This document shows, one piece after another, positions 21,604 to 32,991 of a DNA stretch of 64,000 nucleotides. The DNA is from Vicugna vicugna (lineage: Eukaryota), in contig MU058337.1 in the NCBI GenBank assembly GCA_013265495.1, forward strand, positions 1,480,777 through 1,544,776, written 5' to 3'. Position 1 is the stretch's first letter. Every line of letters begins with the position of its first letter. Both the position numbers and the translations under genes were made by a program. The notes beneath the pieces are model-generated. The model saw only the letters and a program-made list of their open reading frames with translations, searched no databases and was not told the DNA's origin.

Positions 21604-23766
21604 CACATTACTTGATTGACTTTTAAAAATCATTCCATTATCAAGTACCTCTAGTAGCACTGTATGCTTAGCACCAGGGATAACACTATTAGCTATAGTC
21701 CCAAAGAAATTACAGCTCCCCCTCTAAATATATACACTCTTCAATCTCCTATGTTTGTAGACTTAAATGTGAGACTGAACCTTGCCTTTTTCTTAACTCA
21801 ATCTAAAGGCAATTTCAGTGTAGTAGAAATAGTATTTTCTGTCAGTGAAGGGAATTAACTTCTTAAATCTTGTTTAATTTTTTGATTAGGTAATAGCACA
21901 TGATTCAAGTTTGTTTTTAATAGCTACACAGTATTTTCTTTTATAGATCTTCCATAATTTAATAGTTCCATATTGAGTATTTGGGTTTTTCCAGTCTTTT
22001 ACAAACCATGTTGCAATAAACTTGTTCAATTTTGCATGCATGCAAGTATATTTAAAGGATAAATTCCAGAAAATTAAATTGCTGGATAAAAGTATTACAA
22101 AATGCAGTTTAGGGTAAAGAGTGCCAAAGTACTTTTCATGAATTTCTCTTACGGGTTGACGTTGTGATGTTCATTTCAAACCCTTTACTCCCAAAGATTC
22201 TTTCTAATCTGCTTTCCTAGGTGCTGAGTTAGAGCCTTAGGGAAAAGTGAGTGTGGGGTGTTGATACAGGTAATAGTTTCCTAAGCACATGCACACACTC
22301 TGAACCTTTACCATATGCCCTGATTCAGTTGCGTGTGCCATTCCCTTACCCAAATGTGTTCTGATTTATGAAAACTGTGGGTAAAGTAATTGTCATATGA
22401 ATTTACTAATGATGAGTAGCAGGTAATTATTTCTTGTGTAATTATCAGTATCTAAACAAGAGAGAGGTCTTTTAAAACGGACCCTGACATACAAGTGGGA
22501 TTTCAGTAGGAAAGCGTGGCATGAGCTACAGAGAGGGGGAGGCAGATAGAAAGGGTCATTTAGGAGAGAATAGTAGAAACAGAGTTGGAGCCAGATTATA
22601 GAAAGTTATAAATACGCTAATTTAGGAGGTTAAGCCGTATTCTGTGCACATTGGAAGTTTGAGGGCAAGAGAGCGCAGTGCTCAAGAAAGGTGAGGCTAG
22701 CAGCGTTGTATGGAATGGATTGAAGGGCAGAGACTGGAAACGAAAGCATTTCAGGTCTGCAAGAGATGTGGGTCCCTGAACTGCAATGGAAGAAAACTCT
22801 AGATGAGAGAATATAAAGGAAGAATGAACAAGTTTAATGACTATTTGGTTGTGTCAAGGGAAAAGGTGAAATAAAGCAATACTATATACTCTTTGGGTGG
22901 CAGTAGGTAAGACAGAAAGGGCTAATTTAAGGTTAGGCTTGAAGAAGTTTAAATCTTGAACATGCTGAATTTTGAAGACATTGAAGAAATTCCCCAGTTG
23001 AATGTTCATCAGCCAGCTGGAAATGTAGTTTAGGAGGATGGTATGAGAGAAGATGTATCTCAGCTCTCTGATGGGTTTTCCACCTTTTACAAGGATAGAA
23101 ATATATGAAAATCCACTTTTCCATCTTGCCTGCTCATCAAATTCCCACTTTTTAAATTTTGGATCTTCTTCATCTCTGACCTTACTTGATTACACTGGAT
23201 TCGCTCACTGCCTGTCTTTCACCTTTTATGCCTCATAATCCGTTAGCTTACACCCTCTCCTGCTCTCTATCCCTCATAAAGTAAAACAAACCTCTTTATG
23301 TGGTGGTGGTGGTGGGGTTTTTTTTAACCCCCACAGGATAAAATTTAAATGTTTTATGTTACATACCAGAATTTGTTACTTTTCCCATGTGTTCTGCCAT
23401 AAACCCTGTAGTTCAGTCACACTGATTTTTATTATTCCTGAATAGAAAAACCTGTCACTGGCAACAGACATGACTGGCCTGGTGGAGGACCTTAGCCTTT
23501 TGAACCTTAGTGTGTCATGTGTGGGAGGAGGGAAAATTTTTAAGACTCAAGTTGAAGTGAACAGAAGACTGAATAAAGATAAAGTTCACTAAACCTACTA
23601 TTAGTTTTTGATCGTCTAGGAAATTTCAGTAGAGTAATGGAGATGGAAGCAATAAGTTTTTAAAATTTAACTTTGAGTGGAAATAGACATTTGAAGGATG
23701 CAGTGATGTTTTTTAAGATCAAGGAAGAAGACAACTCTGATAACATTAAAAAGTCAAGAGTTAGAG

Positions 23767-23979
23767 CAGGTTTTCTCAACCTTGGCACTATTAACTTTTG
23801 GGGCTAGATAATTCTTTGTTGTGGGGGGCTGTCTTACACATTGTAGGATGTCTGGCAGCCTGTCCTCTACCCACTAGATGCCAGGAGCCACCCCCCAGTT
23901 GTGACAGCCAAAATCACCACCACACACTACCTGATGTCCCCTGGGAGATAGGAGTAAAATTGCTGCTGGTTGGGAATTA
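23767..23979. mobile_element. MER20 (hAT-Charlie)
   Basis: ttctcaaccttggcactatt...gataattctttgttgtggggggctgtc...cattgtaggatg...ctctacccactagatgccag...cccagttgtgaca. Confidence 0.85.
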
Positions 23980-24732
23980 AGGAAGTGAGCATGGTATCTT
24001 TGGGAAAGGAGAGACTTGATGAAGAAGGAACTCATGCGAATGGCTTGAATTTTCTTGGTAAAGAAGGGAAGTCTGTAGGGAACACAGGAAGGGATTTTGT
24101 TGCTTGAGACTGAAGGAATTGAAAGCTTTGCAGAAATTAATTATATTGGTGTCTGTTTGAAATTAGGTATCATTTTATAGCCAGCCAGGTCAGAAAGATT
24201 TCTTGTTACTTTTCTCTCCAGAAAAAAATTTAGTATTCTCTTGGTTGTATATTGACAACATAAGGTAGCTCCATTGGAGATTGTGTGTATAGTTTCTTGA
24301 ATGCCTTTCTAATGGTACATTTAGTTTTGGTAATTAGTAGATAAAATGCTCTGAAAAATTCATTCTTTGATTCATAATTGAGAGTTTATTAATCTGGTGC
24401 ACCGAAGGTGTAGATAAGAAAGTAGTAGAACAAAATGTATACTAATCTCTAGACATGGTTTGTAGAAACTTTGTTTTCAGAATGTTCAAGTGCATTCCTA
24501 TAATTTGTTCATATACTTTACATAAAAAACAAAATCAGGAAATGTAGGAATACTTAATTAAATTAAGGAGTTCTAATTCCTCAATATTTTTTCTTCTGTC
24601 ACTTTTTGTGTCATCTTAGGCAAGTTTTCTTAAACATATACTTCTGTATGCTCCTTTTGATTAACTTGCCACCTAATTTCCAAAACATTACTAATAGAAA
24701 TGAAATTCTGATTTTTTACTTTTAACTTTTAG

Positions 24733-24897
24733 GCTGAAGAACAGTTGAGAATTGTTGAAGAACAAAGAAAGATTCATGAGGAAAGGATGAAACTAGAACA
24801 AGAGCGACAACGTCAACAAAAAGAAGAACAAAAAATTATCCTGGGCAAGGGGAAGTCCAGGCCAAAACTGTCCTTCTCATTAAAAACCCAGGATTAA
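24733..24897 (+). CDS. ARGLU1: ARGLU1 coding exon 4 (last), to stop
   Basis: Acceptor ttttaacttttag|; [57 protein letters not shown]; the four exons sum to 822 nt = 273 aa + stop. Confidence 0.97.
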   Translation, partial: AEEQLRIVEEQRKIHEERMKLEQERQRQQKEEQKIILGKGKSRPKLSFSLKTQD

Positions 24898-25533
24898 ATT
24901 GCAAACTCTGAACTTTTTACAAAGAAAAATGGAAAAACTTTGTATGGTAGCTTCATGTTGAAGTGGTTTTTTTGTTTCGTTTTTGTTTTTTTAATTTGGA
25001 AAATCTGGAAAGTTAGCTTGTTCTAATAGGGGCTATGCTCTGCAATTCCTTTTTCCCCCTCCCCCCACCCCCTTAACTTCCATTAAGTCAAATCCTTATC
25101 AGATCATTGTTATCTTCTAAAAAAGTGATATATTTTTCACCTGTTGGATTCTGTAGTAGTGGTCTGAAGAAGAGCAGATCACTTTGTAAACTATGGATGG
25201 TCTGATAAGGCTTTTACTGACCCACTGACTTCAGAGTTATACTCTGTTTACTACATCATAATGCTGGTTTTGCTGACTTTTTGTTTTTTTATATATTTAT
25301 AAAAAAAGAAAAAGTTGGTAATTGCATTGGAAGCGCCCAGGGTGTCACTGGACCTTTGTGTGGTGTATTGTTAGACCAGTGTCCTTGCGACACTGTTGCT
25401 CTTGACGTTCCCGACACAGGTAAGGAAACAGTCGGTCAGCTCTGATACACGATATATATACAGTGCAGTATTGTCTCTGTTCAGTTTGTTCTTATTTCAT
25501 TGACAAAATCAAACCAGCATTCCCCATTGTGTA

Positions 25534-25556
25534 AATAAATGATTTTGCTGAATAAA
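25534..25556 (+). terminator. ARGLU1 proximal polyadenylation signals
   Basis: AATAAA at 25534-25539 and 25551-25556, about 640 nt after the stop, followed by T-rich sequence. Confidence 0.75.
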
Positions 25557-28500
25557 GTAAAGTCTTAAATTCATATGTTGAAGCAATTTTTTTTAAAGTT
25601 CTGTTAAGTCTTAAAGAGGGTGGTTTACTTTTTGATGGTCAACAATCTAGAATTCCTAGAACTATGCTATATATTTCCTCTCATTTATACTTTTAACATA
25701 GGATTTATATGTACATTAAATATACTTGAGAATTAGTATTTAATGGCTATTTTTACAGATATTGAATTTATGCTGATACAGCAATTATGACAACAGTATT
25801 ACCTTTAAGAAAGACTAAGCACCCAGAAAAAGATTTAAATTCTCAATCCTGTGCCTCTGTTTTAGGATATAAGTATTATCACCACAAATTATACTTAATA
25901 AAGACAGAAAAATGCTTCTAAAAATTTATAGTACCTTAGATTATTTTCAAAGTGGGCCATCAGAAAGAACTTAGCTTTGTACTTTTACAAAAGGCTAAGG
26001 GTAGCCAAATCATCTTCAGTGTAGGGTACCTGCACGTTTATTTTTGGGACAAACACATTTAAACTTAGAAGCTTTTGTTTTTGCATGTAATATCTTATGA
26101 ATGACTCTTATACACTAGAATCTGCCTCATTTATCTTTACATATGTTTGTTTGAAGTCTACTGGTATGAAAACATTTATTCAAGAAAAGGATATGGATGA
26201 AAAATGCTGCCTGAGATGCATAGACATGTCATCAAAGTAGAGAAGCTTTCCCCAGTATTTTTGAGACAGTTTGATCAGTCTTTAAAGTGAAAACATGAGT
26301 TAATGAGATGACTAAATGATAGATTATTTTTTGTGTGCATGCTAAGAAAAATGCTATTACTTTAGTTTGAGCTCTTCAATGAGTAATTGTGGTAAGGAAC
26401 AATAAAATCAGTTTAAATATCTTTAAAGGTAGAATTTTAAATAGGCATGAACTGTAGTGAGAACTGACTTTTTAGTAAACATGATACCTGTTACTCTGAA
26501 ACATTCACTTTATTTACCTAAAGAATTTAGGTTGCTTACAAATCTTTTTTTAATCTTTAAATTAGGTTAGCTCTAATTATTTCATGATTCTTACACTTTT
26601 TTTAAAAATGTTATCTTTTTTTGGTACAGATCCATTGTTCCTAAGTTGTGTATTCAAATTTTTGGAAATGTTAACTTAAAAATTGTTTTGCTATACAAGT
26701 GTTCTAGACATTGTATCTAAGAGAGTAGCCTGGACTTAAAAATATTTGAAATCAGCTTATGCGTGCCTTTTAATTTTTAAAAAATTTCTTACTGCCACAT
26801 ACGGTGTGAAATCACAGTAAGTTGCTTAGTAACATTTGCAGTATCTGCTTGCTGGTGGAGACTCACATCAGATACTTAAATTGTTCCTGTGCCAGGCTGC
26901 AGGAAAGAAGATGTAATTGTCAATAAAATACACCCAATCTTTTCTGTGCTGCAACAATGTGTAGTGATTTGTTTTCTTCATTTGTTCTCACTGCTTTTGT
27001 GTACATTTTATAAAAGTTCAAATTCTTTCCCAAACCATTAGCAGTTCAGATGTACCCTAATTTATTAAATATGCCTTTATTCACAATTTGTTTTTTAAGG
27101 TTCTTAATTCTTAATGCATTATAGAATTAACTAATGACTGTTAACTTTTATTACAGTATTTAAATATGTAGTTATTGCCATTTATATTGTGGAGCTTGCA
27201 GAATTAAATCAGTTGTATAAACTAAACCTTTAAATTAGCTTGGTGTGAGGACTCTTCAATGCTTGCAAAGAGGGGAAGGGGTTTGTAGTAAGATTTACTG
27301 CTCCAGTTCTCTTAAGATGCAGCAAATCAGGCTGTCTCGGTCCTCAGTTCATTGTTTAGTCATTCAGTTGTGGTCTACGTTCATAGTTTTTCTGTATGGC
27401 CACCAGTACCTTAAGAATTGGCAAAAGAACGTTTGTACTTTTTAATTTTCTGAAGTTAAATAAGCACAGAATCCTGGCCAGTTGAACTCTGTATCATTTC
27501 TAATGTCTCATTTTATATTAAGGGTCCTCCTTAACTAACATTTCCCCAAAGCTCTTAATATTCACTAGAGCTTCTGTTTTCAGTTGTCTCAATTGTTTGC
27601 TCCTTTACACCCAGAACCATCCATCTGTTTTGTATTGGCCATGAGACATTCTGAAAACAGGATACCTTAATTTTTGAGACTTGCCACTCCCTCCAGGAGT
27701 CATATGAACACTCAAATACCAGTGTTATTAGTGAGAGGACGTAGAAGGACCACTGAAAGTCAAACTAGAATGGATCCTGAAGCACAGGCAGTAGGTCCCA
27801 CGCTGATACGTTGAGTTGCCTCTCCTGGCAGTCGTGGTACCTTCACAATCAGGTCACCTTTGTTAACATGTAATTTTTTTTGTTTACTCTTGTGTTTAGG
27901 GGTTTTTTTTTTTAAACATCTGTTGTCCATAGTCACTGAGTTGCTAATGGTGCAGAAATACAGATTTGCACTTGCTAGTACACTGCACTATATATTTTGT
28001 AGCAGATTTACCATAATTGGTTTTTAAATGATTAGATCGCATTGCCTGTTCTATATTGTGTCTCTGTAGTTAGGAGAGTAACTGACTTGCAGCTAGGAAA
28101 CAATGGAAGGGGGATACAGAGGACCCAATGTCAAAAAAGCTGGTGTGTGTGATTGAAATTCATAGGAAGTCATTTGGAAAGATTGTTCCTTTCTTGAGCC
28201 TACAGTGGTTGACGGAGGATGTTGACAGTTTCGTTTTTTATACATACTTCTTTATAGTCTTCCGAGGTCTGAAGCAGAATCAGTGATCCAGTAGTTTTAC
28301 TCTCACTCAGGCAAAGGTGTGTGTGTTCAGTAGTGTCAGTATCTTCTAGGATTGATAAAACTCCTTACAAAACCTGGTTATTAGGGTTAGAATTAAATGG
28401 GTTTGTTCTTTGCATACATTTGTGTAATGATTGTTGCCTTCCTCATTTTCCAGGCTTTCGCTATGGATTAAATCAATGACAAGTAACAGGAATTAACAAA

Positions 28501-30947
28501 GGAGTATGCAATTGCAATATTCCAGGTGCTGTTGAATCTCTTACTGTAAAGTGGGATAAAGAAGGAACAAAAAGTTTTATGGACCCCATTATAGGAGGTC
28601 CATTATCTCCTTATGAGTGCTGTCAGTAACAACCCTTATGTGTTCAGAGCCGAATTAGACTTAGGATATTACAGTATGTTTTCTGCTTCTTGCCAGTCCA
28701 TAAAGTGGGAATCACGGACACAAAGTTAGTGATAAAACTGCAGCTAGTTTATCTCCACCAAACTACCTAATCCAATTTGGAACGGTGACTAGAACTGGTT
28801 GGTCCTCTAAACTTGTTGGTTTGCATATAAGGAAATGAGGTCTTAGGCCAGGTGCCTGAGCTAGTTGGAGCCATAGCTGTATTCTTTCCACATACGCTGC
28901 TTTTGCATTAATAATGTTAACAATAGAAATGATAGTTTGAGCTAGAGATTTAAATTATTACTGTGGAAGATAATGGTATTTTGGCTCTATAAAAAATGTG
29001 TTATGGTCTGTGAGGTATGAGTTGTGAAACTTCTGAAAAGGAAAGATGATTTTCTTTTCACCAAGATCCCCATGTAATGACTAATACTTTTCCTAGCAAA
29101 CTAGTAAGTAGACACTAATTTAACAGCGACAGGGTGTAATACGAATTTTAGAAGCAGACAGGTGAGGTGCGGCAGGAGTGTATGGCAAAGTTGGTCTGTT
29201 TTATTTCACTCTTGTTTTGAAGGGTCTTTCCCCTGGAGTAAACTGAGCAAAGTGTCATTTGTGGAAGAATTCTAGACATATCAGTAATTTGTATGAAATA
29301 AACTGCACACGGTGCCAGGGGACAGAGTTTAGGTCTCCAGCTACATAGAAAGTTCATAGCTTGGACAACATTTAATCAACACACATGATAAATTTCACTA
29401 ATTTTTCTGTAATGTTACATTTAGATAAGGCTTTTCTTTGTTTTTACAGAAATTACATTAAAGATGTCTTTTGAAGTACGTCTTAGACTGTACAAGGAAT
29501 ATATAGGAAACAACTATAAGTTTTAAAGACCAGTGTTTACTTAGGAATTCAAAGGGGCAGAAATGTGACTATTTTAGTAAGGCACATTTCCTTGGGCAAA
29601 ATTGATCTTATTTTTAAAACTAGAATTCTCCAACTTATATTTGCCACTTCATTCTACATTTATACAAATTTATATCAACTTTAAAACTGACTATAACTAT
29701 GTCTCTGAAGTCCCCACAATTTTTTTTATTAGGCTTTTAGAACAATTGCTGAAATCTCATTTTTTGATGTGAGGTTAAATATGTGCTGGTAAAATTACAG
29801 AATTTCAAAAATAACCACATCTCTCCAAAAATTTGCTTGTAAAATTAAGTCCAAATACAAAGAAGTATTAAACTGACATGATTGGCATGCTTTAAAATTT
29901 CAACTTTTGTCTTGTACGTGCAGATGTTACTGATTTTTTTTTCCTCGTATGATATCCACACAATAGATAAGTGGTTTGAGGTGATCTTTTTAATGACTGA
30001 AATTTTTGTCTAGAAAGCAGCATGGGACATTAGCATCTTGGAGTTGCTACTGCTGACGCTTTTCACCTCGTTTCCACAGCTAATTATATTTACTGGAAGT
30101 AAGTTAAAGCATATTCACACTAAAGTTATACAACAAATCTTTTTGTGTAGGATTTTATTTTTTGCTCAAATATACACTTTGCTTATAAAAAGGAAGCAAT
30201 TTAAACATGTACATTTACATTTTTCCCAAGGTAGAATGATTGGGGTGTGAAAATAATCTGATTTACTAAAAATGGAAGCCAGGGTTATTTTCAGACAATG
30301 CAAATTTCCTTTATTTCCTCTACTTTGCTTAGAGAGGATGTAGACACCAAGAGGTCACAACTTAAATTTCACAATGTAAGTTTGCTAAGTAAGAAACATG
30401 GTACTGAGATACTCAGCTCTTTTAAAAGATTATTAAGCTAGATTTATGTTAAATTTCAAGTGAATACCTTAAATGCTGTAAGCTTATTAAAAACGACTCT
30501 TGCTTTCGTGCAGTTACGAATAACACTTGCCTGCCCTTTCCTAGTATTTTAGTTGCCTGGGAACCTGCCGATGACTTTGAATCGATTTACCGTCTTTGAG
30601 CCTTTAAAAAAAAATTGCCTCCTCAAATTGGAGGCTTTAATTTAAAACTAGCAGTTGCGGAAAATAAAGTTTTCTTTTTTCAAAGATTTACTTGGAATAA
30701 TATGAATATTTGCAACCGACTTCGCATGCCTTAGTGTTTTCAGTCTTAACAAATCAGTGTTAACAAATTTTTACCCTCCCAGTCGAAATGTACATTGACT
30801 TTCGTTTAATGTTCAAAAAACGAATACTTAATGCACCATAAAAACCTTCAAAAGTTATAAAGAAGAGTGAAAGAAAAAGTATTATATACATGAGATATTT
30901 TTGCCCCATACATTTTCTCTTTTAAATTTAGCTTAGTGGATAATTTG

Positions 30948-30981
30948 CATACACACACACATACACACACACACACACACA
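30948..30981. repeat. (CA)n microsatellite, interrupted
   Basis: catacacacacacatacacacacacacacacaca. Confidence 0.9.
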
Positions 30982-32029
30982 ATTTGTAGGAATACTGTCC
31001 GGTTCTTGCATTTAAAATATTAAAGGAATCTTGGCGTAGAAAGGATTTTTTTTAAAGCATGTTGTAGGTACACAGCATATTTTATTTATTGTTTCAAGCT
31101 GTAAAACAAGTAAATTTGAACTGTGCGCTGTTTCTGCCAAGCTCTCCCCGCTTCTGGTCTCAGCCAATTCTCCTTTGGACTTTCTGCGTGATTGGGCGCG
31201 CAGGTTCTGGTTCCGGGTGGCGCGACCTTCGTGCTCTCGCCGCGGAGCGCACACCGGCCGCTAGTGGGCGCTGTGGGTCCGTGGAAGCGGGCGGCGAGGC
31301 GGCGCTCGTCCCGGCCGCTCTTTGGGTAAGCGCTTCGCCAGAGATCCAATTGAAGCGTTCGTGCCGCCTTTCTGTTTCAGCGCTATTTGTCACCGTCACC
31401 CCTAAATTCCCGGTCACCTTGGGGAGGCGTGAGTGTGTCCCAGAGGCTAATTAAGGAGAAAGTCCAGCGGCGGGCGCGATGTGCCGGCGACACTTGGGGG
31501 AGAGGCGCTGCCTTCGCAGGAAGCGAGGCTCGGAGGTCGCGGGGCCAGGACGTCTGCGCCCTAGGAGTCGGCTGCCCCGCCGGCGCCGCGTTCCCAGGAG
31601 TCGTTTTGTATCTCCCGGCCCTACTGACTTGGGTCGGGGCCCAGCTTAGTCTGGTACCGAAATCAGATGTGAAACGCATCACTGAGAGGCCTGGTGGGGG
31701 CGGCGAAGGGATGCGCGAGCAGGGTGTGAGCCAGTCCCTGCGGAGTGGGCACTTCGCTTAAGGAAGAAGACCCACGGGAAACCCCCTTGCCTTTCACTCC
31801 GCAGGGAAAGTTTCGCCCTCGTCGCTGTCCCTCTGCTGAAGTTAGGGCACTTCCCGGGCAATGAGAGCGCGTGCTGGGCGCGGGGACAGGTGGTCTGTGC
31901 TATCCCGCTCCCCACTCGCCCGCCCCATCACCGCCCCGGCCCCACCGCTCGAGGGGCGCGGGGTGCACGCACAGGCCCCTCTCTCTCGCCGGTTCCCGGG
32001 CACTCAGCTCGCGCCGCCGCCCGGGGCTG

Positions 32030-32195
32030 GGGGCGGGGCTCACCTGTCAGCCGGCGCCCCGCCTCGCGGCGCCCAATGTCGGGCGGGGGCGGCTGACGGA
32101 CGGGCCTATTACCCAACCGGCTCGCCGCTGCCGAGTGGCGGGCCAATGGGCTGTGCATTGTGGGGCGGGGCCCCCCGTTTATAGAGCTCTGACAG
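32030..32195 (+). promoter_or_regulatory. EFNB2 core/proximal promoter
   Basis: GC boxes 32030-32039 and 32162-32171; CCAAT 32073-32077 and 32143-32147; TATA-like TTTATAGA 32178-32185; TALE/MEIS sites CTGTCA 32044-32049 and TGACAG 32190-32195. Implies a TSS near 32210. Confidence 0.75.
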
Positions 32196-32430
32196 CGCGC
32201 CGGCGGAGCTGACTCTCCTCGGCGGGGACGGCGGCGCCGGCTGAAGCGAGGAGCCGCGCGCGGAGCTGGTCCCGGCGCCCTCCCCGCACACAAAGGCCCG
32301 CGCGCGTCCGGCGCCTGCGGCGAGGACCGAGCCCCTCCTGCCTGCCTCGCGGGCTGGGAGCCGCGAGGACTGTGGAGGCTCCCGTGCGCCCCGAGGCGCC
32401 CCTCGCCGCTCGCGCTCCGCGCTTCGGGAC

Positions 32431-32493
32431 ATGGAACCGCGCCGAAGCGGCGCCCGCGCGCTCGGGCCTCTGCCCGCCCCCCTGGATCTATAG
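32431..32493 (+). other. Candidate uORF in EFNB2 5' leader (20 aa)
   Basis: gacATGG strong context; MEPRRSGARALGPLPAPLDL-TAG; only ATG found between the TATA-like box and the main start. Confidence 0.55.
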
Positions 32494-32869
32494 TGCGAGG
32501 CGGCCCCGCTCGGGGCTCAGAGCCCGTTGCTCGCGCCGAGTCGTGTCTCCGCCTTTGTGTCCCGGCCCCGCGCCCTTCCTGCCGCCCCGCGCCCGGCACC
32601 CTGGAGCCGCACGGGAGCCGGCTGTCCGAGCTGCGTCCGGCGCGGCGCCCCGGGGCCCCGAGCCCGCCGCGCCGCCGCGCCCCGCGCGTGCGCTCCCGCC
32701 CCGCGCTCTGAGGGCCCCGAAGGGAGCGCCCACGGCCTCGGCGACCGCTGGAGCTACTCGGCGCGCCCAGGAGCTGTCTGCGGTCTCCCCCTTGTCTGCC
32801 CCGAGGATTGGGGCTCCGCGCCCGGTTCCTCCGACGCCAGGAGTGCCCGGAGCTGGGAACGGCTTGACC

Positions 32870-32991
32870 ATGGCCGCGAGGAGGGACTCCGTGTGGAAGT
32901 ACTGCTGGGGAGTTTTGATGGTTTTATGCAGAACTGCGATTTCCAGATCGATAGTTTTAGAGCCCATCTATTGGAATTCCTCGAACTCCAA
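32870..32991 (+). CDS. EFNB2: Ephrin-B2 coding exon 1 (signal peptide)
   Basis: accATGG Kozak; MAARRDSVWKYCWGVLMVLCRTAISRSIVLEPIYWNSSNSK; donor AA|gtaagt; 122 nt, phase 2. Confidence 0.98.

Noticed and set aside
32372..32869. 166-codon in-frame N-terminal extension of EFNB2 from a GTG
   Set aside because: The true ATG has a strong Kozak context and begins the signal peptide; the open frame is explained by GC content. Only ribosome profiling could rescue it.
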